Positions 1 to 8,613 of a DNA stretch of 24,919 bases are shown here, one piece after another (the first letter of the stretch is position 1; every line of letters starts with the position of its first letter). The position numbers were made by a program, and so were the translations under genes. Below the pieces are notes generated by a model, which made no database searches, had not been told where the DNA came from, and saw only the letters and a program-made list of their open reading frames with translations. Source of the stretch: a virus (Duplodnaviria; Caudoviricetes); the IMG/VR virus record IMGVR_UViG_3300048598_000044, positions 1 through 24,919 of that record; one strand, written 5' to 3'.

Positions 1-79
1 GCCGGCACGCGTCCAGCATTGCGTTATAGTCGGAACCGGCAGGCTGAACCCCCGGCGAAACGTGTCTCCACTGAGGCAT
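1..79 (-). CDS. Tail-module protein, N-terminus only (runs off window)
   Basis: ATG at 79 just after the upstream stop (82); MPQWRHVSPGVQPAGSDYNAMLDACR is open to the window edge. Confidence 0.6.
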   Translation of the reverse strand, partial: MPQWRHVSPGVQPAGSDYNAMLDACR

Positions 80-81
80 AG

Positions 82-870
82 CTAGATATCGAGTCCGCTA
101 AAGGATGCCGTTCTGTATACCTGCTCGACGTACGCGCCAATCGCTTCCTTGTACTTACGCCCCTCCGTATCAACGCCGTCGCGATATGCTACCCAGAGGT
201 ATTCCCAGCCGTACTTTGAAATGCCACTAATCCCCGCAACGGTCAAGTTTGAGCGGTTGGGGGATGCCGTAAATCGGAACATAATGTCGGCTTCCGACTC
301 GTTCTTTTGGCAACCTCCGCTCGCGCCTAAAAATAGGACTTCGCCGGCAGCAAACGTGCGAAAAGGAGAATTGTTGACGCACCCGGTCAGCGTTGCGATC
401 GTCTTAATGTATCCCCACGTTAACTTGTCGACGTTAAACGTGTATGTTTCCGTCCATGAGAACGCTGGAATGGTAATGTCAACCCCGTCAAAACACCCGC
501 TCGCTTCGTTGTAGTTGATTCCATTTCGGAAGTCTGGTGCAGTGGAGTTTTTCGGTGAAAAACTACGTGTTCCGAACGACTGCATCATGCGAGTCGTTGA
601 TCCAGACGTGTCGAACTGAACGGGTATTCTGCTGATCGCATATTCAATGCGACCCATCCACATGTCGTCTGCGCGTCCGTTCTGCTCAACGTGCAGGTTT
701 TGGCGATAAAGCGTTGTCGCACCGACCGTCACGGTACCTGGGGCCCAATTCAATATAGCCGACCTGGCCGCTCTCTCGTCGTCGTAGCCATTGGCGATGA
801 CCATGTACGACGCGCGAGGCGGCTTGGTGTCCATCTCGCGGCCTTCGACGTACTCATAGACGTTTCCCAT
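82..870 (-). CDS. Putative distal tail/hub protein following tape measure
   Basis: 262 aa beta-rich ORF directly after the tape measure gene (GEVLFLGASG, KYGWEYLW motifs); function assigned from position. Confidence 0.6.
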   Translation of the reverse strand: MGNVYEYVEGREMDTKPPRASYMVIANGYDDERAARSAILNWAPGTVTVGATTLYRQNLHVEQNGRADDMWMGRIEYAISRIPVQFDTSGSTTRMMQSFGTRSFSPKNSTAPDFRNGINYNEASGCFDGVDITIPAFSWTETYTFNVDKLTWGYIKTIATLTGCVNNSPFRTFAAGEVLFLGASGGCQKNESEADIMFRFTASPNRSNLTVAGISGISKYGWEYLWVAYRDGVDTEGRKYKEAIGAYVEQVYRTASFSGLDI

Positions 871-873
871 GCA

Positions 874-2847
874 TCACCCGTAGTGCGAGAACATTTCGCG
901 TTCGCGTTGACGTTCTTTCTTCTTCTCGTCGTTCTTTGTGTTCCTCGCAATCTCCTGGAGGAGCGTCTCGACGCGATTTCCGCCAAGGCCACTCACGGCG
1001 TAGGCCGAGAAGGTCCCTTGTGAGCTGATTTTGCCGGCCATGCTCTCCCCCGCACCAGAGATGTTCGGCGATTCCCATTTCTTGCGATCTGCCCGCTTCG
1101 TCGCGTTGTCGCCTGCCACCTTGCCAAGCGTGGCGTTGAACTCCTTTTCCTTCGCAGCGACGGTGGACTTTGCAGAGGCTATTTCGTCCCTCGCGGACTT
1201 TTCGCGGGCCACTCGTTCCGCCGATGCCGTCTGGTCAGCGATAGCCATTCTTGCTTGATACTCGTCGCGAAGCCCTTTGACTCGCGGATCCTCTTCGTCA
1301 CGAAGTTGCAATCGCGTCTTGTCGGCCTTCGATTCCCTGTCTCGTCTCTGCCGGCTGAAATCCGACGAGTTGATTTGCCGCATCGCATCGGCTTGATCTT
1401 TGGAATAGATTCTAAACAGTTCTCCAGCATTTATCATCGATCCCGTGAGCCACTCCTGCACGCCTTCCCATGCTGACCTTATGGAATTGACGAACTCGAA
1501 GAACACTTTCTTGAATGTACCCACGGTGTCAACCCACGCAATCTGCAAGCCGTACCATGCGGTGTGAAAGATCTTCTCGGTAAACGTCACCGCCGACGCC
1601 CATATATTGGTGAACCCCTGCCGAAACGATATCCACTTCTCCAGCAGGAAGTTGATTCCTCGCGTCCACGAGATCTTGAGATAAGCCCAGGCAACATCCA
1701 TTGCGCCAGCAAGGTTTCCGGACATCAGGCTATCCGCGATGGATCCCCACGCCTTACTGAAATCCTTCGACATACCGGTCCACAACTCGCTGAGTGTTGT
1801 CGTTGAGTCGGCAACCGTGGCAGCCGTTTGCACGAAATACATTGCCAATCCAACGACAGCCGAGGAAACCAACCCAATGGGACTCAGCATCCCGGCCAGA
1901 ATTGGACTTGCTCCGGACATCACCCCCCAGACACCTTTCACTGCCGTTCCGGCCCAACCAAACACTTGACCAGCCTTTGCCATCACGGTGCCAATCGCCC
2001 ATACGCCAGCACCGGCCGTGAATACTCCGCTCGCCAGTGAAGCTATAGAAACGATCAGTCCGCGATTTTCCTTGATCCATTTCGACGCCATCGTTGCCGC
2101 GGTCTTCATGCTGCCAGAAAACTCGCGAACAACCGGCGCCATTGCGGCGCCAAGATGGTAAGAAATCATCTTCGTCGCATACCACAACGACTTCAGCGAG
2201 GCGCCGAACTCGACTGCCGCTTGCACGTCCTCGCGAGTCATTATCTGCCCAAGGTCGGAAGCCTCCTGCTTCAACTCTTCGATTCCCTTTCCTCCTCGCT
2301 GTAACATCGGAAGCAGCTTGCTAGCCGAGTCCCCTAGTAGTGCAGTTGCTGCCGCCGCCCTCTTGGAAGGATCTTGTATTTTCGAGACGGCACTAGCAAC
2401 CGCAGAAAAGCGTTGACCTGACGGCAAGGCGTTAATCTTGGCGAAGCTCAATCCGAGATCACTAAACGTCTTCGCGGCAGATCCGCCGCCAGACGCCGCG
2501 TCGCCGAGGTGCCCGTTGAGTGTCGCGATTGCCCCAGATACGTCTTCAGCCGAAGCGTTGCACGCTGCGGCCGCGTACCCGAGCGCAGACATCTCCTCGA
2601 CGCCGACACTAGCCTTTCCGGCTAATTCCTGCATTCCTTCAGCCATATTGCCGAACACTTTCGCGGACGCAGATAGCGAAGCGTAGATGCCTCCACCCCA
2701 TTCCATCATCTTCGTGCCAACAGAAGCAATGGAGTCGCCAATCGTCTGGAGTTTTTCCTTTACGGAGTCCAACTTCGACTTCGCATCGTCGTCGCCTTGG
2801 GCGGCAATCTCGACGTACGCACGTCCAGCCCGGATGTCGTTACTCAT
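874..2847 (-). CDS. Tail tape measure protein
   Basis: 657 aa Ala/Gly/Ser-rich helical protein with N-terminal IRAGRAYVEI, hydrophobic central segments and Trp-periodic repeats; follows the tail chaperones. Confidence 0.92.
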   Translation of the reverse strand: MSNDIRAGRAYVEIAAQGDDDAKSKLDSVKEKLQTIGDSIASVGTKMMEWGGGIYASLSASAKVFGNMAEGMQELAGKASVGVEEMSALGYAAAACNASAEDVSGAIATLNGHLGDAASGGGSAAKTFSDLGLSFAKINALPSGQRFSAVASAVSKIQDPSKRAAAATALLGDSASKLLPMLQRGGKGIEELKQEASDLGQIMTREDVQAAVEFGASLKSLWYATKMISYHLGAAMAPVVREFSGSMKTAATMASKWIKENRGLIVSIASLASGVFTAGAGVWAIGTVMAKAGQVFGWAGTAVKGVWGVMSGASPILAGMLSPIGLVSSAVVGLAMYFVQTAATVADSTTTLSELWTGMSKDFSKAWGSIADSLMSGNLAGAMDVAWAYLKISWTRGINFLLEKWISFRQGFTNIWASAVTFTEKIFHTAWYGLQIAWVDTVGTFKKVFFEFVNSIRSAWEGVQEWLTGSMINAGELFRIYSKDQADAMRQINSSDFSRQRRDRESKADKTRLQLRDEEDPRVKGLRDEYQARMAIADQTASAERVAREKSARDEIASAKSTVAAKEKEFNATLGKVAGDNATKRADRKKWESPNISGAGESMAGKISSQGTFSAYAVSGLGGNRVETLLQEIARNTKNDEKKKERQREREMFSHYG

Positions 2848-3293
2848 GACTCACCCTTTTGAACGAATCCCGGTGGCATGATCTTCTCAAGAACCTTCCG
2901 CTTTGCGTCTCGGTCAAGTTTGACGACGTTTCGCCCTTTCGTATCGCGCTCGCCGGCATGCCAGGGGTGGAAGTCGGCTGGAGACAATGCGGACTTCGGT
3001 GTGCAATTCGCGTTGTGGATAACCGCCATGACGTGACTTGTGTGATCCCATAACTGTTTGCTTCGCCCCTGGTCCATCCACCACAATTCACGAAGCGTGA
3101 GCGGACCAGGGTCTATACCGACGCGGCCGGCGAGTTCGAAGACGAGTTGCCAAGTTCCTCCTGGATACTCGCTTCGAAACGCCTCTCTATCTCTCCGTTC
3201 AAGATCTGCTTCCGTAACAACTCCTGCCTTGATTGCAGCAGTGCGGTACCTCGCGTTATCAGCTCGCGCAGAATCTCCCTGCGCGACTGGGGG
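2844..3293 (-). CDS. Tail assembly chaperone C-terminal frame (gpT-like), probably expressed by -1 frameshift
   Basis: The -1 frame is open from just before the slippery site (3299-3290) to the stop at 2844 and contains WQLVFELAGRVGIDPGPLTLRELWWM; no good independent start covers this conserved-looking part. Confidence 0.7.
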   Translation of the reverse strand, partial: PPVAQGDSARADNARYRTAAIKAGVVTEADLERRDREAFRSEYPGGTWQLVFELAGRVGIDPGPLTLRELWWMDQGRSKQLWDHTSHVMAVIHNANCTPKSALSPADFHPWHAGERDTKGRNVVKLDRDAKRKVLEKIMPPGFVQKGES

Positions 3294-3583
3294 AAAAAAT
3301 CTATCATTTCATCCACTAACGCGTCGGAAGCCTTTTCCGTAGCGTCTCCCGCGAGCGCAGCGCCGAAAGCCTCGTCGGATACGCCGGCGTTGTCCGCCTG
3401 TTGTTTGCAGAGAACGAACAGAACGTCCCCAAGTTTGTAGGGGTTTGCGATTTCCTTGAAGGCTCGACCTTCCTCGACGTCAAGCAGGTCGATTCCGGTC
3501 TTCGCGAGAACATGCTTGAGCGTTGTGATATTGATCGACAACGTCCATGTTCGTCCGGCATTATCCGTGAATTGGTGCATCAC
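3113..3583 (-). CDS. Tail assembly chaperone (gpG-like)
   Basis: 156 aa ORF between the tail tube and tape measure genes; overlaps a -1 frame ORF. Confidence 0.8.
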   Translation of the reverse strand: MMHQFTDNAGRTWTLSINITTLKHVLAKTGIDLLDVEEGRAFKEIANPYKLGDVLFVLCKQQADNAGVSDEAFGAALAGDATEKASDALVDEMIDFFPQSRREILRELITRGTALLQSRQELLRKQILNGEIERRFEASIQEELGNSSSNSPAASV

Positions 3584-3948
3584 GTCGCTCCGTATCCGGT
3601 AGCCGGCTTTGCGGAGCAGTCGTAGGTCACAACATCCTTGAGCGGCTCCTTTCTGTTCATCTTCAGGACATAGAACGATCCGCTAACATCCTGACAGCTC
3701 AAGGTGACAGACGTTCCGGCAGCGAATGCAGCCTTGAGCGTAGAAATTGCAGCACTCCCGTTGTCAATCAGTTCGAACTCAAGCGAGATTTTCATCGTGG
3801 TTGGCTTACAGGTGTCGACCTTCGCGCCACGCATTGTGGTGTCCGCCTCGTTGAACTCGCGGTTTACCGTAACGTCTCGCACGCATTCAACAACTGCTCC
3901 GCCAACGCTAAGTTCTTGGTCTAGACCAATCTCTATATTGTTCGCCAT
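3580..3948 (-). CDS. Major tail tube protein (minimal, 122 aa)
   Basis: Beta-rich, with VRDVTVNREFNEADTT and RKEPLKDVVTYD motifs typical of tube proteins; position before the chaperone. Confidence 0.75.
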   Translation of the reverse strand: MANNIEIGLDQELSVGGAVVECVRDVTVNREFNEADTTMRGAKVDTCKPTTMKISLEFELIDNGSAAISTLKAAFAAGTSVTLSCQDVSGSFYVLKMNRKEPLKDVVTYDCSAKPATGYGAT

Positions 3949-3960
3949 GCTGATTCCTTT

Positions 3961-4356
3961 CTAATGTTTCAGCGATGCCGCCCAGGTTTCGGGCAGGCGC
4001 GGTGCAGCCTGCGCCAACGCCGGCCCCATGAACGGTCGCTTGGGGTAGTTTGTGCCTCGGAAATAGCCGCCAAATTCGTGCGCGGCGCCAGCTTCGCCAA
4101 CAACACTTTCCGTGGGGCCGACCAGCGCGACGCGTTTGCTTTTGTCAACCGAATACCGAATCGCGTCGGTGAGCCTGCCCCGTCGCGTGTTCGGTGGAGT
4201 TCCTGGAGACGACGCTGACTTGCCTCGCTTGATAGATCTGCGAGCGATTAAGCGAATACTGGCAGCCGCATGATTGAGCGTCGTATACGTAGCGGCAGTC
4301 ATTTTCTTAATGACGGCGTCGCCTTCCCACAGCGTTCGAATGCTGAATGTGATCAT
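3961..4356 (-). CDS. HK97 gp10-like tail completion/neck protein
   Basis: Basic 131 aa protein with PGTPPNTRRGRL, HEFGG and YPKRPFMGPA motifs. Confidence 0.8.
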   Translation of the reverse strand: MITFSIRTLWEGDAVIKKMTAATYTTLNHAAASIRLIARRSIKRGKSASSPGTPPNTRRGRLTDAIRYSVDKSKRVALVGPTESVVGEAGAAHEFGGYFRGTNYPKRPFMGPALAQAAPRLPETWAASLKH

Positions 4357-4814
4357 GACGTTCCAACCTCCGCGTAGAGGAACGTCAACCGCAGGACACC
4401 CATATACAGGACGTCATCTCGCAGCATTGACGGGGAGAAGCCAGCCTCCGCTCCAGAAACTCGCGTTCGCTTTGTGCAGAATGCGCTCTGGTATCGCGTA
4501 GGCCTGCGGTTACGCCAAAATCGCTGTATCTCTCGCAATAGGCGGAGATTCGAGTCGGTGGACGCGTCGGTTCTGGACTGCTGACGGACGCCAATATCCA
4601 CGGAGAGCGTGTGCTGAAACGCGACGCGACCGATCTGGTCTTCCTCGTCGGAGACGGGGACCACGACGACATCGAGGTTGGCCAGGTCTTCAAGGTTCTT
4701 GACAGGAACGTTCGCCCGGTACGCGCGGAATGGCCTGCTGAATTCGGCCTCGTTGAGGTCCGAAACAATCGCGTCCGCAAGATCAATCAGAGGATCACCG
4801 ACGACGTCACTCAC
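4353..4814 (-). CDS. Putative tail terminator (gpU-like)
   Basis: 153 aa (GTG start), acidic N-terminal helix plus beta strands, located in the neck module. Confidence 0.6.
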   Translation of the reverse strand: MSDVVGDPLIDLADAIVSDLNEAEFSRPFRAYRANVPVKNLEDLANLDVVVVPVSDEEDQIGRVAFQHTLSVDIGVRQQSRTDASTDSNLRLLREIQRFWRNRRPTRYQSAFCTKRTRVSGAEAGFSPSMLRDDVLYMGVLRLTFLYAEVGTS

Positions 4815-4843
4815 GGGGCTGCTTTCGATAATGAAGGGGTGAT

Positions 4844-4913
4844 AAAAAAGGCGGGCCGCAAAAGAACAAGCCGTGCGGGTGTGCAGCCCTGCACGGCTGT
4901 TTTTTGCGGCCCG
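4844..4913 (-). terminator. Long hairpin plus U6 tract (intrinsic terminator-like) inside the late operon
   Basis: Imperfect inverted repeat 4852-4913 (cgggccgcaaaa..agccgtgc / gcacggct..ttttgcggcccg) followed on the minus strand by TTTTTT (4849-4844). Confidence 0.65.
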
Positions 4914-5048
4914 TGACCGGCATCGGGTGGCCGCCCTTTGCCGGTTGCCAGTTTCAGGTTGTCATTCACGGCTTGCGGCCGCGGACTATTTCAACTCCAG
5001 CCTCTTAGAAAACTTGCTCATTCACCAAGTCGCCGCCGACGTTGAAGC

Positions 5049-5426
5049 TTATTCAGTGGACACCAGTTTTGTGTGGATCCTCAGAAGTGCCCCGCTCGTT
5101 ACGTCTCGTTCAAAACACGGCGAGTCCGGAGACGGCGGCAGCACGACGTACGTTTCTCGCCTTACCCCTCGATTCCACGCGATCTCGTCTCCCCTCGTTG
5201 GAACATCGACTCCGTTTGCCTCTAGGTCGCCCGCTATTACCATGAAATCGCAGGCGTCTGCGCTAACAGGAACAGCGGCGTCGTCGCTGACATTTGCGAT
5301 TGCTGACGTTGGTATTGCCGTCACGGCAAACGCATGCGACGGCGTGCTATAAATCACAGCCTGCCCGTGCTGATCTTGCAGTACGGGCAGGCCGAAGGAC
5401 GCAAAGACCTCGTCGGCAAACGTCAT
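5049..5426 (-). CDS. Head-tail joining protein (gpFII-like)
   Basis: 125 aa from the ATG at 5426, immediately after the capsid stop; PTRGDEI and C-terminal LRIHTK motifs. Confidence 0.7.
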   Translation of the reverse strand: MTFADEVFASFGLPVLQDQHGQAVIYSTPSHAFAVTAIPTSAIANVSDDAAVPVSADACDFMVIAGDLEANGVDVPTRGDEIAWNRGVRRETYVVLPPSPDSPCFERDVTSGALLRIHTKLVSTE

Positions 5427-5436
5427 GACAACCCAG

Positions 5437-6423
5437 TCACTTGGTGGTGATATTGCTGAGCAGATGTCCCATCTCAACGTAAAGCAGCTTCTCGTCCACG
5501 TCGTTGCGGACTCGAACGATATCGCTACGGACGGTCTCGTCGCGGTAGGTCTCGACAGCTCCCTCGATCTGCGATCCGTCGGCGTCCCAATGGAACATTC
5601 GGCCGATGCACGGCTCACGGATGTCGTTGTCTGTCATGGCGACGCGACACACCATCGCGTACTCGTCAGACCAGATCTTTCCAATCGAAGCATCTTGGCC
5701 TTCGTTTGCGGAGTTCGTTGCGCCTCCGGCAACGAAAACAAGCGGAAGGTCGAAGCATTGGCCGATCATGGCCGGCGTGACGTCTGCTGCCTTGGCGGGG
5801 CTGCCGGCACCGAGCGACGTGATCCGGTCGATGATTTGTTCCGTTTTGCGGAGGTTTCTGAATACGTGCCGGTTAATAATGAGTGCGTTCGGCCACTGGC
5901 CGGACGCGGCCCACACTTTTTCACATGCCGCGTCGACATCGTCTACAGGCGAGGCGTTTTCCGGGTCGTCCCACTCGTCGGGAACCGCCGTAGTCAGGCT
6001 CGCTCCGGTCCACGTTTCCGCGTTGAAGATCAAATCGGCAATCCGCTTCTCCTGCTCTCGAAGTACTCCATCGAACGCTCTCATGGAGGCGACAGCCTCG
6101 GCGTCGAAATACGAGGCGTACATTCGCGCCTCGCGGTCGTCGACCGGCTCCTCGACGCCATGTTCGTCGCAAGCGTACGAGTCGGTGGTAAACTTCCACT
6201 TTCCGCGGCTGTACCCCGATCCCGGCGCTCGCTTTGTGTCGCGGCTCTGCAAGAGGTCCTTAAGCTTGATTCGGCCAAACGGCCCGGCCTGCAAGGCGAC
6301 GTTCATTACACGGAGAACCTTGCGGCCAATAAACCCCGCGCGATCTGCGGCCAAGTCAAACTCCATCAAGCTACCGGCCAGATCGGGACGGAGGGTTGCG
6401 AGCGAAGTGCTGGGAGACGGCAT
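5437..6423 (-). CDS. Major capsid protein (phage cap E-like, HK97 fold)
   Basis: 328 aa with AAGGAG RBS; RAPGSGY, WDDPENASPVDDV and PNALII motifs; follows the decoration gene. Confidence 0.9.
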   Translation of the reverse strand: MPSPSTSLATLRPDLAGSLMEFDLAADRAGFIGRKVLRVMNVALQAGPFGRIKLKDLLQSRDTKRAPGSGYSRGKWKFTTDSYACDEHGVEEPVDDREARMYASYFDAEAVASMRAFDGVLREQEKRIADLIFNAETWTGASLTTAVPDEWDDPENASPVDDVDAACEKVWAASGQWPNALIINRHVFRNLRKTEQIIDRITSLGAGSPAKAADVTPAMIGQCFDLPLVFVAGGATNSANEGQDASIGKIWSDEYAMVCRVAMTDNDIREPCIGRMFHWDADGSQIEGAVETYRDETVRSDIVRVRNDVDEKLLYVEMGHLLSNITTK

Positions 6424-6526
6424 AACGAAAACTCCTTGGAATGAGGCCGCCCTCTCCCCGTTAGGGCCGACCCTTGGTTATTGTCATCCGCTACGTTACG
6501 GATGACGGATTACATCGTGTGATCTA

Positions 6527-7432
6527 TCAGGTGTTCGCGGTGAAGATACCGGACCATGTGGTTGCGTCGACTGCGATAAAAACAGCGAGCGTCTTTCCCT
6601 CGATAGTCACGGCGGAATTGGCAGCTCCGTCGTTGATATCGTCGTCGGTGTTCGGGTAGACCTTCAGGCCTCCGGCGGCCGAGAGGTTGTAGACACAAAT
6701 CAGTGTTCCGGCGGCAGCCGCCGGCAGCTTCACTCCGACCGCCCCATCGCCTGTCGCGGTATTGACGACGCCAGTCAATTCGGCGGCGTCGGCCTGGGTG
6801 GTTCCAGCGGCAGCGACTTCCGCGACCAGCAACTTGGTGCCGACGCCCAGCGTTTTGGCAAGCAGCGTTTGCGCGAGTGCGACGGCCGCCACCGTGTCTC
6901 CGTCAGATTCAGGGACAACGATCGTATTGTCGGCACTGAGCGTCGACTCCGGCTTCAGCGTCGTGGTGAAATTTCCAGTGCCGGCCGCTTGGCCAGCAAT
7001 CGCGAGCTTCGGCGCCGCGGAATCGGCATCGACCGCGAACGACGTAGCGTTAGTGCCAGCGATCGCTGCCGAGATGTCGGTGTTCGGCCCAGGCAACACC
7101 TCAATGATGTCGTTATTCGCAGTCGCCGATTCGAGAGCCGTACCACAACACACAGTGCCGGTGGGTGCGACCTTACCTCCGGCGGAAGCGTAGACTTGAT
7201 TGCCAGCGGTAATCGCCTCGGACGCAACCATCTTTCTGGTCCCTTGCGCCGTTCGCAGCCGAACGGATCGCAAGTCGCCAGCTGCGAACGAATCCTCTTC
7301 GATTGTGCCGATCTCGACGTCGGACGCGCCGGCGGCAACAAGTTTGAGGCTCGACAGCTTAACTCGCAGGTATTGCGACAACGCCTCGCCGCACTCGAAG
7401 GTTTTTGTTGGGGTTTCACAATATTGAGCCAT
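6527..7432 (-). CDS. DUF2190-like capsid cement/decoration protein with C-terminal fibre-like extension
   Basis: Start MAQYCE (AAGGA RBS); the first ~110 aa fit the DUF2190 pattern (ASEAITAGNQVYASAGGKV...GTALESATANNDIIEVL), followed by ~190 extra aa. Confidence 0.75.
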   Translation of the reverse strand: MAQYCETPTKTFECGEALSQYLRVKLSSLKLVAAGASDVEIGTIEEDSFAAGDLRSVRLRTAQGTRKMVASEAITAGNQVYASAGGKVAPTGTVCCGTALESATANNDIIEVLPGPNTDISAAIAGTNATSFAVDADSAAPKLAIAGQAAGTGNFTTTLKPESTLSADNTIVVPESDGDTVAAVALAQTLLAKTLGVGTKLLVAEVAAAGTTQADAAELTGVVNTATGDGAVGVKLPAAAAGTLICVYNLSAAGGLKVYPNTDDDINDGAANSAVTIEGKTLAVFIAVDATTWSGIFTANT

Positions 7433-7497
7433 TTCATGTTCCTTGCTTGATTTGGTGACTGTTTGCCGGTATTGAATACATCCGGCGATGGACGCCA

Positions 7498-7992
7498 TCA
7501 GAGATTGACGCGGCGACCTCGGTCGGCGTTGAACGCGACTAGGTAGTCGCGATGAGCTTCTGGGTGATTGCGGACTGCCATGCTGATCGCCTTACCTCGG
7601 TTTCCGGTCGACTTGGCGTAGCCGTCAACCAACGCATTCCACGCGGCGATCGGGTCTCCACCGGTAGACGACGCATTGCTGCCAGACGCTCCGAGTGGGG
7701 CGACGCCAGGGACTGAGACCTTACTCTTTGCGGACAAAGCCTCGGCTTCAGCTGCCTTCACCTTGGCTTCAGCGTCAGTAGCTTTCGACTGAGCCTCGAC
7801 GAGACGCTTGTTTTGCTCCGCCATCCAGGCGGTGCGAGCCTGCTCTACAGTCGCATTCGCCTTCAACTGCGAGCAGATAAAGTCGCTGTCGGCGCAAGGA
7901 CACGCTCCGACGATTTCCGTATAGTTGGCGACAGGTGGCGGCGTCTGAAGCGTCGCAGTGTTGGTCACGGATTCCATTTTTGATTCCGGCAT
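7498..7992 (-). CDS. Putative nested scaffold protein (Nu3-like), internal in-frame start
   Basis: GAGGAG at 8006-8001, 8 nt before the in-frame ATG (M208), right after the protease domain. Confidence 0.55.
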   Translation of the reverse strand: MPESKMESVTNTATLQTPPPVANYTEIVGACPCADSDFICSQLKANATVEQARTAWMAEQNKRLVEAQSKATDAEAKVKAAEAEALSAKSKVSVPGVAPLGASGSNASSTGGDPIAAWNALVDGYAKSTGNRGKAISMAVRNHPEAHRDYLVAFNADRGRRVNL

Positions 7993-8613
7993 CGTGTTGT
8001 CTCCTCGATTGAGATTGGTGGGAGTATTGCTAAATCGCGACATGTCAAAGGTGGCGGCGACTGCGAGCGTTTTCATTGAGCGGTCTGCAAACCCTCGTTC
8101 CACCGACTCGGCCGCGGTCATCCACGTTTCTGAATCCATCCAAGACGCGATAGTCTCGGGATCTTGCTTCGTACGCAATGCGTAGATGTTCACGAGCTGA
8201 TCTTTGAGCTTATCGAGAAGATCGGACATCTGCCGCATGTCTTCTGAATCTCCGACGGCAACGTTCGTCGGATTGTGGATCATAATGAACCCGCTCTCTG
8301 CGATTTCGATCTCGTCGCCAGCCATGGCGATTACGCTGGCCATCGAGAGAGCAACACCATCAATCACCACGACTTTATGCGCCGGGTGACTCTTGAGCGA
8401 GTTGTAGATGGCAAGTCCGTCGAATATATTCCCGCCCGGACTGTTAACGCGAACCTTGATTCGCGAGACGTCCCCGGCCGCCTTAAGTTCCTCTCGAAAC
8501 GCCTTGGCGCCGATTCCGAAATATTGGTCAATCTCTTCGTACAACAGAATTTCGGCTTCGTTAGCCTTAACTCGGATCTCGAAGCCCTGCGATTTACGAG
8601 GTAGCGTCGCCAT
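7498..8613 (-). CDS. ClpP-like (S14) prohead protease fused to scaffold domain
   Basis: NSPGG, ALSMAS (Ser), IMIHNP (His) and ETWMTA motifs; C-terminal coiled coil. Confidence 0.92.
   Translation of the reverse strand: MATLPRKSQGFEIRVKANEAEILLYEEIDQYFGIGAKAFREELKAAGDVSRIKVRVNSPGGNIFDGLAIYNSLKSHPAHKVVVIDGVALSMASVIAMAGDEIEIAESGFIMIHNPTNVAVGDSEDMRQMSDLLDKLKDQLVNIYALRTKQDPETIASWMDSETWMTAAESVERGFADRSMKTLAVAATFDMSRFSNTPTNLNRGDNTMPESKMESVTNTATLQTPPPVANYTEIVGACPCADSDFICSQLKANATVEQARTAWMAEQNKRLVEAQSKATDAEAKVKAAEAEALSAKSKVSVPGVAPLGASGSNASSTGGDPIAAWNALVDGYAKSTGNRGKAISMAVRNHPEAHRDYLVAFNADRGRRVNL

Noticed and set aside
5427-5618. Extended start of the 189-aa ORF
   Set aside because: Overlaps the capsid gene; ATG 5426 follows the capsid stop
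5425-6505. Long plus-strand ORFs (339 aa, 299 aa)
   Set aside because: Antisense shadows of the capsid gene in GC-rich DNA, with no recognisable motifs; the same applies to the other plus-strand ORFs
7993-8613. Host housekeeping clpP
   Set aside because: Sits between portal and capsid genes and has a scaffold extension, so it is a phage prohead protease
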